NCBI GenBank assembly: GCA_963664225.1
Contig: OY760937.1
Location: 2,848,001 to 2,912,000 of the forward strand
Length of the DNA stretch: 64,000 nt
Reading direction: 5' to 3'
Source of the DNA: Verrucomicrobiia bacterium
GTDB lineage: Bacteria > Verrucomicrobiota > Verrucomicrobiia > Limisphaerales > UBA1319
How positions within the stretch are numbered: the first letter of the stretch is position 1; each line of letters starts with the position of its first letter. Made by a program: the position numbers and the translations under genes. Below, piece after piece: positions 8,767 through 19,317 of the stretch. Under the pieces are notes generated by a model. The model saw only the letters and a program-made list of their open reading frames with translations, was not told the origin of the DNA and did not search any database.

Positions 8767-9750
8767 TCATTCAGTAATATGCGCGCCGGTAATGCCACCG
8801 CCCAGATTTGACGGAAACGAAGCCGTTTCCAAGGGGTAGTTCAATTCCCGCCACGCGTCGATCCCGCCCAGAAGGGGCCGGACACGGGTGATGCCTTTGC
8901 GATGGAGCAACAGGGCCACTCGCGCGCTGCTCACTTCGTTCGGGCACGAACAGTAGACGATCACCTCCCGGTCTCGAGGAATTTCTTGGTGCCGTTGCTC
9001 CACTTCATCGACAGCCAAATGGACGGCACCCGGAATGAGTGAAGGATCGAGGTGCAATTCCACACCGGGGCGTAAATCCAAAATTACCAGATTCTCACCC
9101 GCTGCCTGCCTCTCACGAAGTTCGGAAACCGTAATCCGCGCCATACGTAACTCTCGCAAAATCCGTTGCCGCTGCCAGTATTTGAACCCAATATACAGGG
9201 TCACAAGTCCAACTGCCACGCCCAGCGCGCTGCCTCCCATGCTGGCCAGCGCGGTGGTGAGCTTTTGAATCTGGTTGCGGAACAAATAGCCAAGCAAAAT
9301 GAAGCAACCTACGTAAAGGGCCGAACCAAAACCGTCTGCAATAAGAAAACGGTCGAATCTGACGCCGGACATTCCGGCCAGCGGCGGAGCCACCGTGCTC
9401 AAACCAGGCACGAATTTTGCGACTATAATCGCTTTGAGGCCGTGGCGCGTATAGAGATTTTGAGTCCGACGAACACACGAGTCCGGTTCCAAAGAAATGC
9501 GGCAAAGCAAGCCCAGGATGCGATGGCCGCGGTGTCGTCCGAGGTAAAACCAAACCGCATCGGCAATCAGGCAGGCCAGCACGGCAATCCCAAGTGCGAG
9601 GACGGCATTGAACTTCCCGATCGCGGCAAGCGCGCCCGCAGCCACCAACAAGGGCACCGCAGGCAGAGGCAAACCCATCTGCTCCAGAAATACCGCAGCG
9701 AACACCAGCGGGAGGCCGTGGCGAATGAGAAATTGGGTTGTTTCATCCAT
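8767..9750 (-). CDS. DedA/VTT membrane domain fused to rhodanese domain
   Basis: EQMGLPLPAVP, LCRISLEPDSCVRRT, AKFVPGL DedA motifs; C-terminal VIVYCSCPNEVSSA...LLGGIDAW rhodanese. Confidence 0.88.
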   Translation of the reverse strand: MDETTQFLIRHGLPLVFAAVFLEQMGLPLPAVPLLVAAGALAAIGKFNAVLALGIAVLACLIADAVWFYLGRHRGHRILGLLCRISLEPDSCVRRTQNLYTRHGLKAIIVAKFVPGLSTVAPPLAGMSGVRFDRFLIADGFGSALYVGCFILLGYLFRNQIQKLTTALASMGGSALGVAVGLVTLYIGFKYWQRQRILRELRMARITVSELRERQAAGENLVILDLRPGVELHLDPSLIPGAVHLAVDEVEQRHQEIPRDREVIVYCSCPNEVSSARVALLLHRKGITRVRPLLGGIDAWRELNYPLETASFPSNLGGGITGAHITE

Positions 9751-9847
9751 AAATCCCGCTCAATTGAAAGTGCAGGTGGCGAAATAACCAGGCAGGTCAT
9801 CCGTGCCAAATACCAAAGTCCTCATGGTTTGTAATTGTCGATTGGAG

Positions 9848-11284
9848 TTATCCGGTTGAGATCTGAATTTTCGGTGCCGTCAGATGGACAGGGGCTTGTT
9901 TGCTGCTGACGGGCAGCCGGACTTTGAATCGGGTTTCGCCCGAACGAGATTCAAACTCGATTTCCCCGCCATGGCGGTCGGCCACGATGCGATTGCTGAT
10001 GATAAGGCCAAGGCCGGTGCCGGTGCCAACGGGCTTGGTGGTGAAAAATGGCTCGAACAGATGCGGCTGGACCTCCGGCGGTATTCCGGAACCATTATCC
10101 ACGATCTCGACGACGAGTTGATTGTCTTCCAGGCAGGTTCCAACACAAATCCTGCCGGTGCCATTCACGGCGTGAATGGCGTTGTCTATAAGGTTCGTCC
10201 ACACCTGGTTGAGCTCGCTGCCGTAAGCCATGATGCGTGGCACGGAGTGATCATACGCCTTGACGAGCGTCACGTTTTTCAATTTGTGGCCAAGCATCGT
10301 CAGTGTGCTTTCGATACCTTCATGCACATCCACCTCCTGCATCGGAGACTGATCCATGTAGGTGTAGGATTTGACGGCCTTGACCAGTTCGGTAATGCGT
10401 CCAGTGCTCTGCTCCACTTGACTGAGCAACAATTTCAGATTCAGACGCGCCTCGAGCCAGCCCAGCGCAGCCACATGGCTTTCTTCCGGAAGAGGACGCA
10501 CCAATTCGTCCAGCCATGCATTGTCCACGCCGACACTGACGAAGGTGGGAGCGAGTTCCCAGGAAGCGGCCACACCGTGGGCTTCCAGCCAGTTTGCGAT
10601 GATCTCCGCGCGATCGCTGCGTTCAAGATGATCGATCAATGGCGCCTTGGCGAGCCGTTCCAAAGCGTCTTGCGAGGCGGCCAGGAGGTGCTGCCAATGG
10701 TCATGCTCAAGAATTTTTGACAATTGGCAGAGGAAAACCTGGATGCAGTCAGTGGTTTGCTGCAGATGTGAGGCGGCCCGCCAGGCTGCCGCGGCCGGGT
10801 TATTGAGTTCGTGCGCCAGACCCGCCGCCAGGGTGCCCAGGGATGCGAGCTTTTCCCGCTGCAGCGAGTAGCCTTCCATGTTGCGCACCTTGGTTGCCGC
10901 GCTATGTAAAAGCGATCGGGCCACCAAACGGCAGTTGCTCAACATTTGCCAGAACTCCTCCTGACCGAGTCGGTATAATTTGGTCGGCTTTCCAATGCGC
11001 GCCGTCGCCATCCAGGGAACATCCAACAGCAGCGTCGTTTCGCCCGTGAAATTACCAGCTTTGACAACGCCCATCAGCACTGATTGGCGATCATAGGTTC
11101 GCGTGAGGCGCACTTCACCCTCAAGCACCAGGAAGAAGTACTCAGATCGTTCCCCTTCGGAAACCAGAACGGAACCGGCTGGCACTTCAATGATATCCCC
11201 TGGAGGGATGCATCCCCATTGGGCATCGGTCAACTCGGAAAAAAGGGGGCTGGAACGCAGTTGCTGGAGTGTGGCAGGATCCAT
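9848..11284 (-). CDS. Sensor histidine kinase with N-terminal cNMP-binding domain
   Basis: cNMP fold (VLVSEGE, FFLVLEGEV, FTGE); H-box LAHELNNP; N-box NQVWTNLIDNA; DNGSG, PFFTTK, GTGLGL. Confidence 0.92.
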   Translation of the reverse strand: MDPATLQQLRSSPLFSELTDAQWGCIPPGDIIEVPAGSVLVSEGERSEYFFLVLEGEVRLTRTYDRQSVLMGVVKAGNFTGETTLLLDVPWMATARIGKPTKLYRLGQEEFWQMLSNCRLVARSLLHSAATKVRNMEGYSLQREKLASLGTLAAGLAHELNNPAAAAWRAASHLQQTTDCIQVFLCQLSKILEHDHWQHLLAASQDALERLAKAPLIDHLERSDRAEIIANWLEAHGVAASWELAPTFVSVGVDNAWLDELVRPLPEESHVAALGWLEARLNLKLLLSQVEQSTGRITELVKAVKSYTYMDQSPMQEVDVHEGIESTLTMLGHKLKNVTLVKAYDHSVPRIMAYGSELNQVWTNLIDNAIHAVNGTGRICVGTCLEDNQLVVEIVDNGSGIPPEVQPHLFEPFFTTKPVGTGTGLGLIISNRIVADRHGGEIEFESRSGETRFKVRLPVSSKQAPVHLTAPKIQISTG

Positions 11285-11286
11285 AA

Positions 11287-12951
11287 CTAGGACAGAAGGC
11301 CAAGGTATTCGTGCACGAGTTTCACAGCCATGGCTCCCTCGCCCACCCCGGAAGTGACGCCTTTGGCGGAGCGATGCCGTACATCGCCCGCAACGAAAAT
11401 GCCCGGTACGCTGGTCTCCAGATAGAAAGGATCGCGATCCGCGGTCCATCCAGTTGGCCGCCGCCCATCACGCATCAAATGCTGCCCGGAAATCAGGTAG
11501 CCTTGCGCATCGCGCTCGACAATTCCAGCGAGCCAATCAGTGCGGGGAATGGCGCCGGCATAAATTAGAAGTGCACTGGCGTGCACGGTTTCCTGGAAAT
11601 GGGTTTTGCTGTTTTCAATGGTGATCGTTTCGCATCGGTCAGAGCCACCCACGGCGATGACGCTGGAGTTGAATTTCAACGCGACATTCTTCGTGGCGGC
11701 GATCTGGTTTTCCAGATACTGCGACATGGTGTCCGATAAGGCATTGCCGCGAACCACCATTGTAACCTGGCGGGCGAACTTGGAGAAATACATGGCGGCC
11801 TGGCCCGCAGAGTTTGCGCCACCAACAATGTAAATATCGCCATCCCGATACGAAAAGGCTTCTGACATGGGGGCATAGTAGTAAACGCCTGCGCCATTCA
11901 ATTTCTCCAGTCCTGGCACGTCCAGCTTCCGAAATGCAATGCCCGTGGCAATGAGCAACGCGCGGCATCCGATCTCAACCCCGTCTGCGAGTGTGAGCAT
12001 GCGGGCCGGACCCTCAATCCGGACGCTTTTGACCTCTTGAGGTGTGAGGATTTCCACGCCGAAACGCCGCGCCTGCGCGACCGCCCGCCGCGCCAGATCC
12101 GAGCCGCTGAGCCCCACCGGAAATCCGAGATAGTTTTCAATGCGGGAACTCCGCCCGGCCTGCCCTCCGGGCGCCTCACGTTCGACCAGCAGAGTGCGCA
12201 AACCGTCAGCCGCTCCATAAACCGCCGCCGCCAGGCCGGCCGGGCCCCCTCCGGCAACGACCAAATCATAAAATGGAAATTCGGCTTTGGTTCTCAGCCC
12301 CAGTTTGCGGGCGATTTCAGCGATCGGCGGGTTGCCCAGGAAAGAGCCGTCAGCAAAAATAACCATGGGCATGGAATAAACCGTGGCACCCGTTGTGGTA
12401 AGAAGCTGCTTCGCTGCCTCGTCCGTTTCGATGTTGAGCCACTGATGGGGCACAAAGTTGCGTCCAAGAAAATCGCGGATTTCGCTTGATTGAGGTGACC
12501 AGCGATGCCCAATGACCCGCACACCTTCAAACACCGGATGGTAGGATGCCTGCCAATCATCCAGCATATCATCGACCACGCCATAAAGGAGTTCTTCTGG
12601 TGGGTCCCAGGGCTTCATCAGGTAATGATCGACATGCACACTGTTGATGGCACGGAGGGCGGCGTCAGTATCCGCGTAGGCCGTCAGCAGCGCGCGTTTG
12701 GCCGCCGGATAAAATTCGATCGCCTTTTCCAGGAACTCCACGCCGGACATGCGCGGCATTCTCTGGTCCACGAGAAAAAGGGCCACCGCCTCGTTGCGAA
12801 GCTTCAATTGCTTCACGCTTTCGAGTGCGGACGCCCCGGAATCAGCAGAGATGACCTTGTAACGATCGCCATATTGCCGACGCAAATCACGTTCCACAGC
12901 GCGCAATACCTCAGGATCGTCGTCCACTGTCCAAATCACGGGTTTAGACAT
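11287..12951 (-). CDS. Response-regulator receiver fused to thioredoxin-reductase-like FAD oxidoreductase
   Basis: Receiver (VDDD, VDQRMP, KPW); GGGPAG, SSRIENYLGFP, GGANSAGQAA, ETSVPGIFVAGDV. Confidence 0.92.
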   Translation of the reverse strand: MSKPVIWTVDDDPEVLRAVERDLRRQYGDRYKVISADSGASALESVKQLKLRNEAVALFLVDQRMPRMSGVEFLEKAIEFYPAAKRALLTAYADTDAALRAINSVHVDHYLMKPWDPPEELLYGVVDDMLDDWQASYHPVFEGVRVIGHRWSPQSSEIRDFLGRNFVPHQWLNIETDEAAKQLLTTTGATVYSMPMVIFADGSFLGNPPIAEIARKLGLRTKAEFPFYDLVVAGGGPAGLAAAVYGAADGLRTLLVEREAPGGQAGRSSRIENYLGFPVGLSGSDLARRAVAQARRFGVEILTPQEVKSVRIEGPARMLTLADGVEIGCRALLIATGIAFRKLDVPGLEKLNGAGVYYYAPMSEAFSYRDGDIYIVGGANSAGQAAMYFSKFARQVTMVVRGNALSDTMSQYLENQIAATKNVALKFNSSVIAVGGSDRCETITIENSKTHFQETVHASALLIYAGAIPRTDWLAGIVERDAQGYLISGQHLMRDGRRPTGWTADRDPFYLETSVPGIFVAGDVRHRSAKGVTSGVGEGAMAVKLVHEYLGLLS

Positions 12952-13220
12952 AACGTTGCACCCTACTCCATTTCCCTACTTCGTCCAAATTTGGGGTCGC
13001 AAGAGTGAGGGTGCGGGACAAATTTCTTCGGCAATGGGGAAAAGCCAACGGAGCTCCAAGGAGAACCTGCGGCGAGATATCGCCGGAAACCGCAAGGCAC
13101 GACCGCCAGCGTTACGGGAAGAAAGCGTAAGACGTAATTGTGCGGAAATCGCAGTTCCATGCTGTTGAGACTCCCTGGCCTTCCCCATTTATGAATCGCA
13201 TGTTCACGGCCATGTGGTCC

Positions 13221-14771
13221 TCATGAGTCTGAGCCAGTCTTCCACCCACCTCCAAGGGCTTTAATAAGTTGCACGGCGGCATTCAGACGCTGGCCTGCGA
13301 GTTGGACATTGGTTCGCTCCGCTTGGAGGGCTTCCCGGCTGGCATCGACGACTTCGAGATAACTGACAATGCCCGAGCGATAACGGTCTGTGGCCAGGTT
13401 GGCGGCGCGCCGGGCGTTGAACAGGGCGCGCTGTTGCGCAGCCGACTGCCCGGCCAAGTAGCGGATGCCTGCCAGGCTGTCCTCCACGTCGCCGAAAGCA
13501 ACCAGCACCTGCTGGCGATAGCGGGCGACACTCTCTTCGAAAGCGGCCTGGGAGCGTTTGTAGTTGGCGCGGTTTCGTCCACCCGCAAAGATCGGGAGCG
13601 AGAGGCTTGGACCAATGCTCCAAACGCGGCTATCCCACTTGAATAGGGTCTGGATATCGCCGCTCAGGTAACCACCGGAGGCCGTGAGGCTCAACGCCGG
13701 GAAAAAAGCGCCTTTGGCGACTCCAATGCGCGCATTGGCGGATGCAAGCTGCCGTTCGGCCTCCGCCACATCCGGTCTGCGCTCCAGCAAATCCGCAGGA
13801 AGGCCTGCGGGTATGGAGGGCGGCTCCGGATTCCAATTGGTCTCTGTGGTCGCTGGCAGGCGGAAAGTCGAAGGGTTGCTGCCCAGCAGGATGGCCAGGG
13901 CGTTTTCCAATTGGCTCCGACGCCGGGCCAGCGCTGCGGCATCGGCTTCTGTGGCGGCCAATTCGGTCTCAGCACGGGCGACATCGAGATCATTGCCGAC
14001 GCCTCCTTCAAAACGGCTGCGTACTAATGCAACCTGCTCTTTGCGCAAACTCACTGTGGCGGTAACAGTGGCCACCTCCGCATCGAAGGATCGAAGCGCA
14101 AAGTAGTTTTGGGCGACGTCGGATTGGAGCGTGAGAAGGACATTGTAGTAGTCAGCCAGCGAGGCTTGAGCATCCGCGCGGGCACTCTCAAAGCCGCGAC
14201 GCACCCGTCCCCAGAGATCGAGTTCATAGCTCAAGTCCAGCGGAGCGGTAAACGTGTTGGCGGTGATGGCTCCAAAACCGGGATTTTGGTTCGGCGAATA
14301 GCGCTGGCGTTCAGCACTGGGAGCCAGGCTGAGGCTGGGAAGTAAATCGGCGCGCGCCACCCGCGCGATGGCGCGGGCCTGACTGACCCGCGCAAAGGCC
14401 GCTTTGAGGTTCGGACTGGACTGAATGGCCCGGGCCTCCAGTTCATTGAGACCGGGATCCTGGAATACTTCCCACCATTTGTCCTTGGGAACATTGTCGA
14501 GCGGACGGCCCGGTTTCCACGAGCCAAGCTCGGCTGCCTTATAATCGGCAGGAACTGCGTTTGTCGGACGTTGAAAGTCAGGCCCCACCGTCAGCAGCCC
14601 GCCTGAAACGGACAACGCACTGACCATGGTGAATGATACCAGGACCACCAAAACCAATGGGGATGAATACGCCCTGATCGTGTGCGCCCCGGACTTTGGG
14701 CATAAGCAGGCTTGCAACCTTTCAATAATGCCCCGTGGGTTGATGCATCTTTTGGACACTTGCGTTTTCAT
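13221..14771 (-). CDS. RND efflux outer-membrane factor (NodT/OprN-like); start approximate
   Basis: TVGPDF, WWEVFQDP, SYELDLWGRVRR, PADLLERRPDVAEAER, LIKALGGGW. Confidence 0.9.
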   Translation of the reverse strand: MKTQVSKRCINPRGIIERLQACLCPKSGAHTIRAYSSPLVLVVLVSFTMVSALSVSGGLLTVGPDFQRPTNAVPADYKAAELGSWKPGRPLDNVPKDKWWEVFQDPGLNELEARAIQSSPNLKAAFARVSQARAIARVARADLLPSLSLAPSAERQRYSPNQNPGFGAITANTFTAPLDLSYELDLWGRVRRGFESARADAQASLADYYNVLLTLQSDVAQNYFALRSFDAEVATVTATVSLRKEQVALVRSRFEGGVGNDLDVARAETELAATEADAAALARRRSQLENALAILLGSNPSTFRLPATTETNWNPEPPSIPAGLPADLLERRPDVAEAERQLASANARIGVAKGAFFPALSLTASGGYLSGDIQTLFKWDSRVWSIGPSLSLPIFAGGRNRANYKRSQAAFEESVARYRQQVLVAFGDVEDSLAGIRYLAGQSAAQQRALFNARRAANLATDRYRSGIVSYLEVVDASREALQAERTNVQLAGQRLNAAVQLIKALGGGWKTGSDS

Positions 14772-14773
14772 GG

Positions 14774-17700
14774 TTATAAGGCGGGAGCCGGAGTTGCCCC
14801 GTCCGCAGGTTTCACCACAGGCGACGGGTTTTTCTTGAAGCCTAATTTCATCAAGGTGGTGTAAAACACCGGGGTCAGAAACAGCCCGAAAAGCGTCACG
14901 CCAATCATGCCGCTGAACACCGCGACCCCCATGGCCTGACGCATCTCGGCGCCGGCCCCATGCGACTTTACCAGAGGAAATACGCCGGCAATAAAGGCGA
15001 TGGAGGTCATCAGGATGGGCCGCAGGCGCAAACGGCAGGCTTCGATGGCCGCCTGGTAAGGCGGAAGCCCATTGTCCTGCTTGTGCTTGGCGAACTCGAC
15101 GATCAGGATGGCGTTCTTGCAAGCCAGGCCGACGAGCACAATCAGGCCGATTTGCGTAAATATATTATTGTCGCCGCCTTTGAGCCAGACTCCCGTGATG
15201 GCGAATAAAAGGCACATCGGCACGATGAGAATGATGGCCAGTGGAAGGCGAAAGCTCTCGTATAGAGCGGCAAGAACCAGGAACACAAGCAGGAGGCAAA
15301 GTGGATAAACATAGACGGCGGTGTTGCCCGCAAGGATGCGCTGGTAAGTCAGCTCGGTCCATTCGAAGGTCATGCCTTTGGGCATATTTTCGGATGCCAA
15401 TTTGGTGATGAGCTCCTCGGCCTGACCAGAGCTGAACCCCGGAGCCGGCCCGCCGTTGATTTCCGCCGCGGGGTAACCATTGTATCGCATGGCACGGTCG
15501 GGCCCGTGCGTTTCCGTCACCTTGACCAAAGTACCCAGCGGCACCATCTGGCCCTTGGAATTGCGGGTCTTCAACCGGGTGATGTCTTCCAGACGGTCGC
15601 GAAACGGCGCGTCGGCCTGGGCGATGACCTGGTAGGTCCGGCCAAAGCGGTTGAAATCGTTCACATAGAGCGAGCCGAGATAAATCTGCATCGACTCGAA
15701 TAAATTCTGCAGAGGCACCCCCTGTTGCTTGGCCTTGGCCCGGTCAATATCCGCGTCGAGTTGCGGCACATTCACCGTGAACGTCGAGAAGACACTGGCC
15801 AGACCGGGAGTCTGATAGCTTTTGCCGATGATGCCCTGCAGGTTTTGATAGAGCGCGTCATAGCCAAGATCGGCACGGTCTTCGACAAAAAGCCTGAACC
15901 CTCCAATGGTGCCGAGGCCCTGGACGGGCGGCGGAGGCACCGCCAGAATAAAGGCCTCCTGAATGGACCCGAATTGCTGGTTTAGCGCGGCGGCGATTGC
16001 CGGACCGCTGAGGTTGGGACGATTGCGCTCTTCGAATGGCCGCAGGGTGAAAAAGACAATCCCGGAATTGGGCGCGACGCTGAAGCCATTAATGCTCAAG
16101 CCGGGAAATGCGACCGCGCTTTCGACTCCGGGCTGCTTGAGACCGATGTCCGACATGTGCCGGATGACCGATTCCGTCCGGTCGAGCGAAGCCGCGTCCG
16201 GCAGTTGGGCGAAGGCCACGAGATATTGCTTGTCCTGGGTGGGCACGAAACCGGTCGGGACCTTGCCAAAACTCCAGCCGGTCAGAAACACCAGACCGGC
16301 ATAGACCAGCAGCGCGACAGCACTCTTGCGCAGCACCGCTCCGACGCCAGCCGAGTATTGATTTCCGGTCCAGGTAAAAAACCGGTTAAACGGACGGAAA
16401 AACCAGCCCAGCGCCCGGTCCATGAGTCGCGCAAACCAGTCCTTTGGGGCGCCATGTTCCTTGAGCAGGACGGCGCACAGCGCCGGAGATAGTGTCAGGG
16501 AGTTGAACGCGGAGATGACGGTGGAAATCGCGATGGTGATGGCAAACTGTTTATAAAACTGGCCGGTAAGACCACTGATGAATGCCGTGGGCACAAACAC
16601 CGCGCAGAGCACAAGCGCCGTGGCGACGATGGGACTCGTGACCTCGCTCATGGCCTGTTTTGCGGCATCGTGAGGGGACAAACCCAGGGCGATGTTCCGT
16701 TCGACGTTTTCAACAACCACGATGGCGTCATCGACCACGATGCCGATGGCCAGTACCAGCCCGAAGAGTGACAGATTGTTGATCGAAAAGCCCAGCGCCA
16801 GCATGACCGCAAATGTGCCCACGAGCGATACCGGCACCGCGGCCAGCGGAATGATCGAGGCGCGCCAGGTCTGGAGGAAGAGGATCACGACGATGACCAC
16901 CAGCAGGATCGCCTCGAGGAGCGTATGCACCACCGCCTCGATGGAATGACGGACAAAGATGGTGGGGTCGTAAACGACGGCGTAGTCCAGACCATCTGGA
17001 AAACTCCGCTTCAATTCTTCCATCGTCCGGCGGACTTCGGCGGAAAGTTGGAGCGCATTCGCACCGGGCGTCTGAAAAATCGGGATCGCCACGGCTGACT
17101 TGTTGTTCAGGAGCGAGCGCAACGCGTAGCTGTCCGCCCTGAGCTCGATGCGCGCCACGTCCTTGAGTAAAGTCTTTTCGCCATTGGGGCCGGTCTTGAG
17201 GATGATCTGTCCGAACTCTTCGGTGGAAATCAACCGGCCTTTGGCATTGATTTGCAGCTCAAACTGGACCGGCCGGTTCACCGGTTGCTGGCCAATCGCG
17301 CCCGCTGCAATCTGCACATTCTGTTCACGAATGGAGGCCACGACGTCGCTGGCGGTCAGATTCCTCGCGGCAATTTGATCCGGATTGAGCCAGATGCGCA
17401 TGGCATAGTCCCCGGAGCCAAAGACCCGCACGTCCCCCGCGCCGGGAATGCGCGCCAACACATCCTTGACCTGCAGCGAGGCGTAATTACGCAGATAGAC
17501 CTCGTCATAACGGCTGTCCGGTGAATACAAATGAACCACCATGGTGAGGTCCGGTGACTGCTTCGTGGTGGTGACGCCGAGTTGCCGAACCTCCTCCGGC
17601 AGCTTGGGCAGGGCCTGCGAAACCCGGTTCTGCACCTGGACCTGGGCCTTGTCCACGTCCGTGCCAAGCTTGAAGGTCACTGTCAGCGCCATCACGCCAT

Positions 17701-17959
17701 CGGGAGTGGCTTGAGAAAACATGTAGAGCGAATCCTCAACCCCGTTAATGGACTGTTCCAGCGGAGAGGCGACTGTTTCAGCAATGGTCTTGGGGTTGGC
17801 GCCCGGATAGGTGGCGCGGACCACGACGGTGGGAGGAACCACCTCGGGATACTCGCTGATGGGCAGGCGCCACATCGCAAGCAACCCGATGATGAAGATC
17901 AACATGGAAAGCACCCCGGCAAAGACAGGCCGCCGGATGAAGAAATGAGAGAAGTTCAT
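14774..17959 (-). CDS. HAE1-family multidrug RND permease (MexF/AcrB-like)
   Basis: 1061 aa; FFIRRPVFA, LPISEYPEV, GIVVDDAIVVVENVER, KNAILIVEFA, RLRPILMTS. Confidence 0.95.
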   Translation of the reverse strand: MNFSHFFIRRPVFAGVLSMLIFIIGLLAMWRLPISEYPEVVPPTVVVRATYPGANPKTIAETVASPLEQSINGVEDSLYMFSQATPDGVMALTVTFKLGTDVDKAQVQVQNRVSQALPKLPEEVRQLGVTTTKQSPDLTMVVHLYSPDSRYDEVYLRNYASLQVKDVLARIPGAGDVRVFGSGDYAMRIWLNPDQIAARNLTASDVVASIREQNVQIAAGAIGQQPVNRPVQFELQINAKGRLISTEEFGQIILKTGPNGEKTLLKDVARIELRADSYALRSLLNNKSAVAIPIFQTPGANALQLSAEVRRTMEELKRSFPDGLDYAVVYDPTIFVRHSIEAVVHTLLEAILLVVIVVILFLQTWRASIIPLAAVPVSLVGTFAVMLALGFSINNLSLFGLVLAIGIVVDDAIVVVENVERNIALGLSPHDAAKQAMSEVTSPIVATALVLCAVFVPTAFISGLTGQFYKQFAITIAISTVISAFNSLTLSPALCAVLLKEHGAPKDWFARLMDRALGWFFRPFNRFFTWTGNQYSAGVGAVLRKSAVALLVYAGLVFLTGWSFGKVPTGFVPTQDKQYLVAFAQLPDAASLDRTESVIRHMSDIGLKQPGVESAVAFPGLSINGFSVAPNSGIVFFTLRPFEERNRPNLSGPAIAAALNQQFGSIQEAFILAVPPPPVQGLGTIGGFRLFVEDRADLGYDALYQNLQGIIGKSYQTPGLASVFSTFTVNVPQLDADIDRAKAKQQGVPLQNLFESMQIYLGSLYVNDFNRFGRTYQVIAQADAPFRDRLEDITRLKTRNSKGQMVPLGTLVKVTETHGPDRAMRYNGYPAAEINGGPAPGFSSGQAEELITKLASENMPKGMTFEWTELTYQRILAGNTAVYVYPLCLLLVFLVLAALYESFRLPLAIILIVPMCLLFAITGVWLKGGDNNIFTQIGLIVLVGLACKNAILIVEFAKHKQDNGLPPYQAAIEACRLRLRPILMTSIAFIAGVFPLVKSHGAGAEMRQAMGVAVFSGMIGVTLFGLFLTPVFYTTLMKLGFKKNPSPVVKPADGATPAPAL

Positions 17960-18037
17960 GGAGTATGATCAGGATTAAAACCGGTGCCAAATGACACAAT
18001 TGACAAAATCGACACAGATGACACCCATCGGGACACG

Positions 18038-19279
18038 TTATTCGCGCTGCAAGGAATCCGCCGTTTTGGCGACCGCGCTTCGGCTTCGATAAAGACCGCT
18101 GGAATAAGGACTCAGGCTCGCCGAGGCGCTCTGCTGTTGCTCTTGCGGCGCCACCAGCATGCCGGGACGGACGCGTTGCAGGCCGTTGACGACAATCTCT
18201 TCAGTCCCCTGCAAACCGGATCGAACCACGCGCATTCCTTCCACTGCGGGACCGAGCTTCACGGATTGGTAGGCCACCGTATTTGAAGTGGTGAGTGTAA
18301 GGACATATTTCTGCGCCTGATCGGTGCCGATGGCACTCTCCTCAATCAGCATGGCCGGATGTCGATCACTCAGAGGCACACGAATACGAGCGAAAAGCCC
18401 TGGCAAAATGCGCCCGTCGGAATTCGGAAACACAGCTCTCAGGAGAATGCTGCCTGTGTTCGCATCAAGCCGGTTATCGAAGGACTCAATGTAACCCCGG
18501 TGGGAGAAATCCGTTTCGTCGGCAAGCTGCGCTTCGACGGGGATTCTGCCGTCGCCATCGGTTTCGAGGCTCTTGGTGTGTGCCAATGAATTGAATTTAA
18601 GGAGTGAATTCTCGTCGATGTCCGCATAAACGTAAACTGGATCCACGGAGACCAGCGTGGTCAGAACACTGGCCCCACCGGCCAGGCCGCTGACGTAGTT
18701 GCCCTGAGTCAGAAGCGCCCGGCTGACCCGCCCGTCTATGAGGGCGCGCACCTGGGTGTACTCAAGGTCGAGCCTGGCTGAATCAAGCGCCGCCTGTGTC
18801 GCGAGCAATGCGGCCTTGGCCTCCTGAAAGCGGGACTGCCGGGCATCGGCATCCTCGACTGAAATGGCCTTGTTCGACAGGAGTTGAGGCGTGCGTTCCG
18901 CCTCCCGCCGGGCATTGTCAAGCCGGACCCTCGCCTGCTCGGATTCCGCCTGGCGCTGATCAAAAGCAGCCTGATGCCAGCGAGGATCGATTACAAACAG
19001 CACATCCCCTTTTTTCACCAGTTGGCCTGACTGGAAGCGCACCTCCTGGATGTATCCAGAGACGCGCGGCCGCACTTCGACCGATTCCACCGGCTCGCTC
19101 CGCCCGGTGAATTCATCCCATTCCACAATCTCCTTCTGCGCCACCGGTGCGACAGTGACGTGGGGCAAAGGCTGCTTTTGAGGAGCCGCAACTTTTTGGC
19201 TGCAGCCGGTTGAAACGAGGACCACAAGACCCAACACGAGGCAAAGCGCCTCCAGACGTAAAATGTTTCTTTGTTTCAT
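18038..19279 (-). CDS. RND efflux periplasmic adaptor (MexE-like lipoprotein)
   Basis: Lipobox STGC; WDEFTGR, VEVRPRVSGYI, GTDQ, VNGLQRVRPG. Confidence 0.92.
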   Translation of the reverse strand: MKQRNILRLEALCLVLGLVVLVSTGCSQKVAAPQKQPLPHVTVAPVAQKEIVEWDEFTGRSEPVESVEVRPRVSGYIQEVRFQSGQLVKKGDVLFVIDPRWHQAAFDQRQAESEQARVRLDNARREAERTPQLLSNKAISVEDADARQSRFQEAKAALLATQAALDSARLDLEYTQVRALIDGRVSRALLTQGNYVSGLAGGASVLTTLVSVDPVYVYADIDENSLLKFNSLAHTKSLETDGDGRIPVEAQLADETDFSHRGYIESFDNRLDANTGSILLRAVFPNSDGRILPGLFARIRVPLSDRHPAMLIEESAIGTDQAQKYVLTLTTSNTVAYQSVKLGPAVEGMRVVRSGLQGTEEIVVNGLQRVRPGMLVAPQEQQQSASASLSPYSSGLYRSRSAVAKTADSLQRE

Positions 19280-19317
19280 AGTATTTGAATCGGCAAATTC
19301 GCTTTTTCGATCTGCCA

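Noticed and set aside
7441..8811. 456-aa ORF as an intact integrase
   Set aside because: Only 7564-~8290 is integrase-like; the 5' extension covers att-arm DNA and the 3' extension lacks the catalytic motifs.
9790..9812. Sigma54 promoter (TTGGCACGG) upstream of DedA-rhodanese
   Set aside because: The GC lies 12 nt after GG instead of 10.
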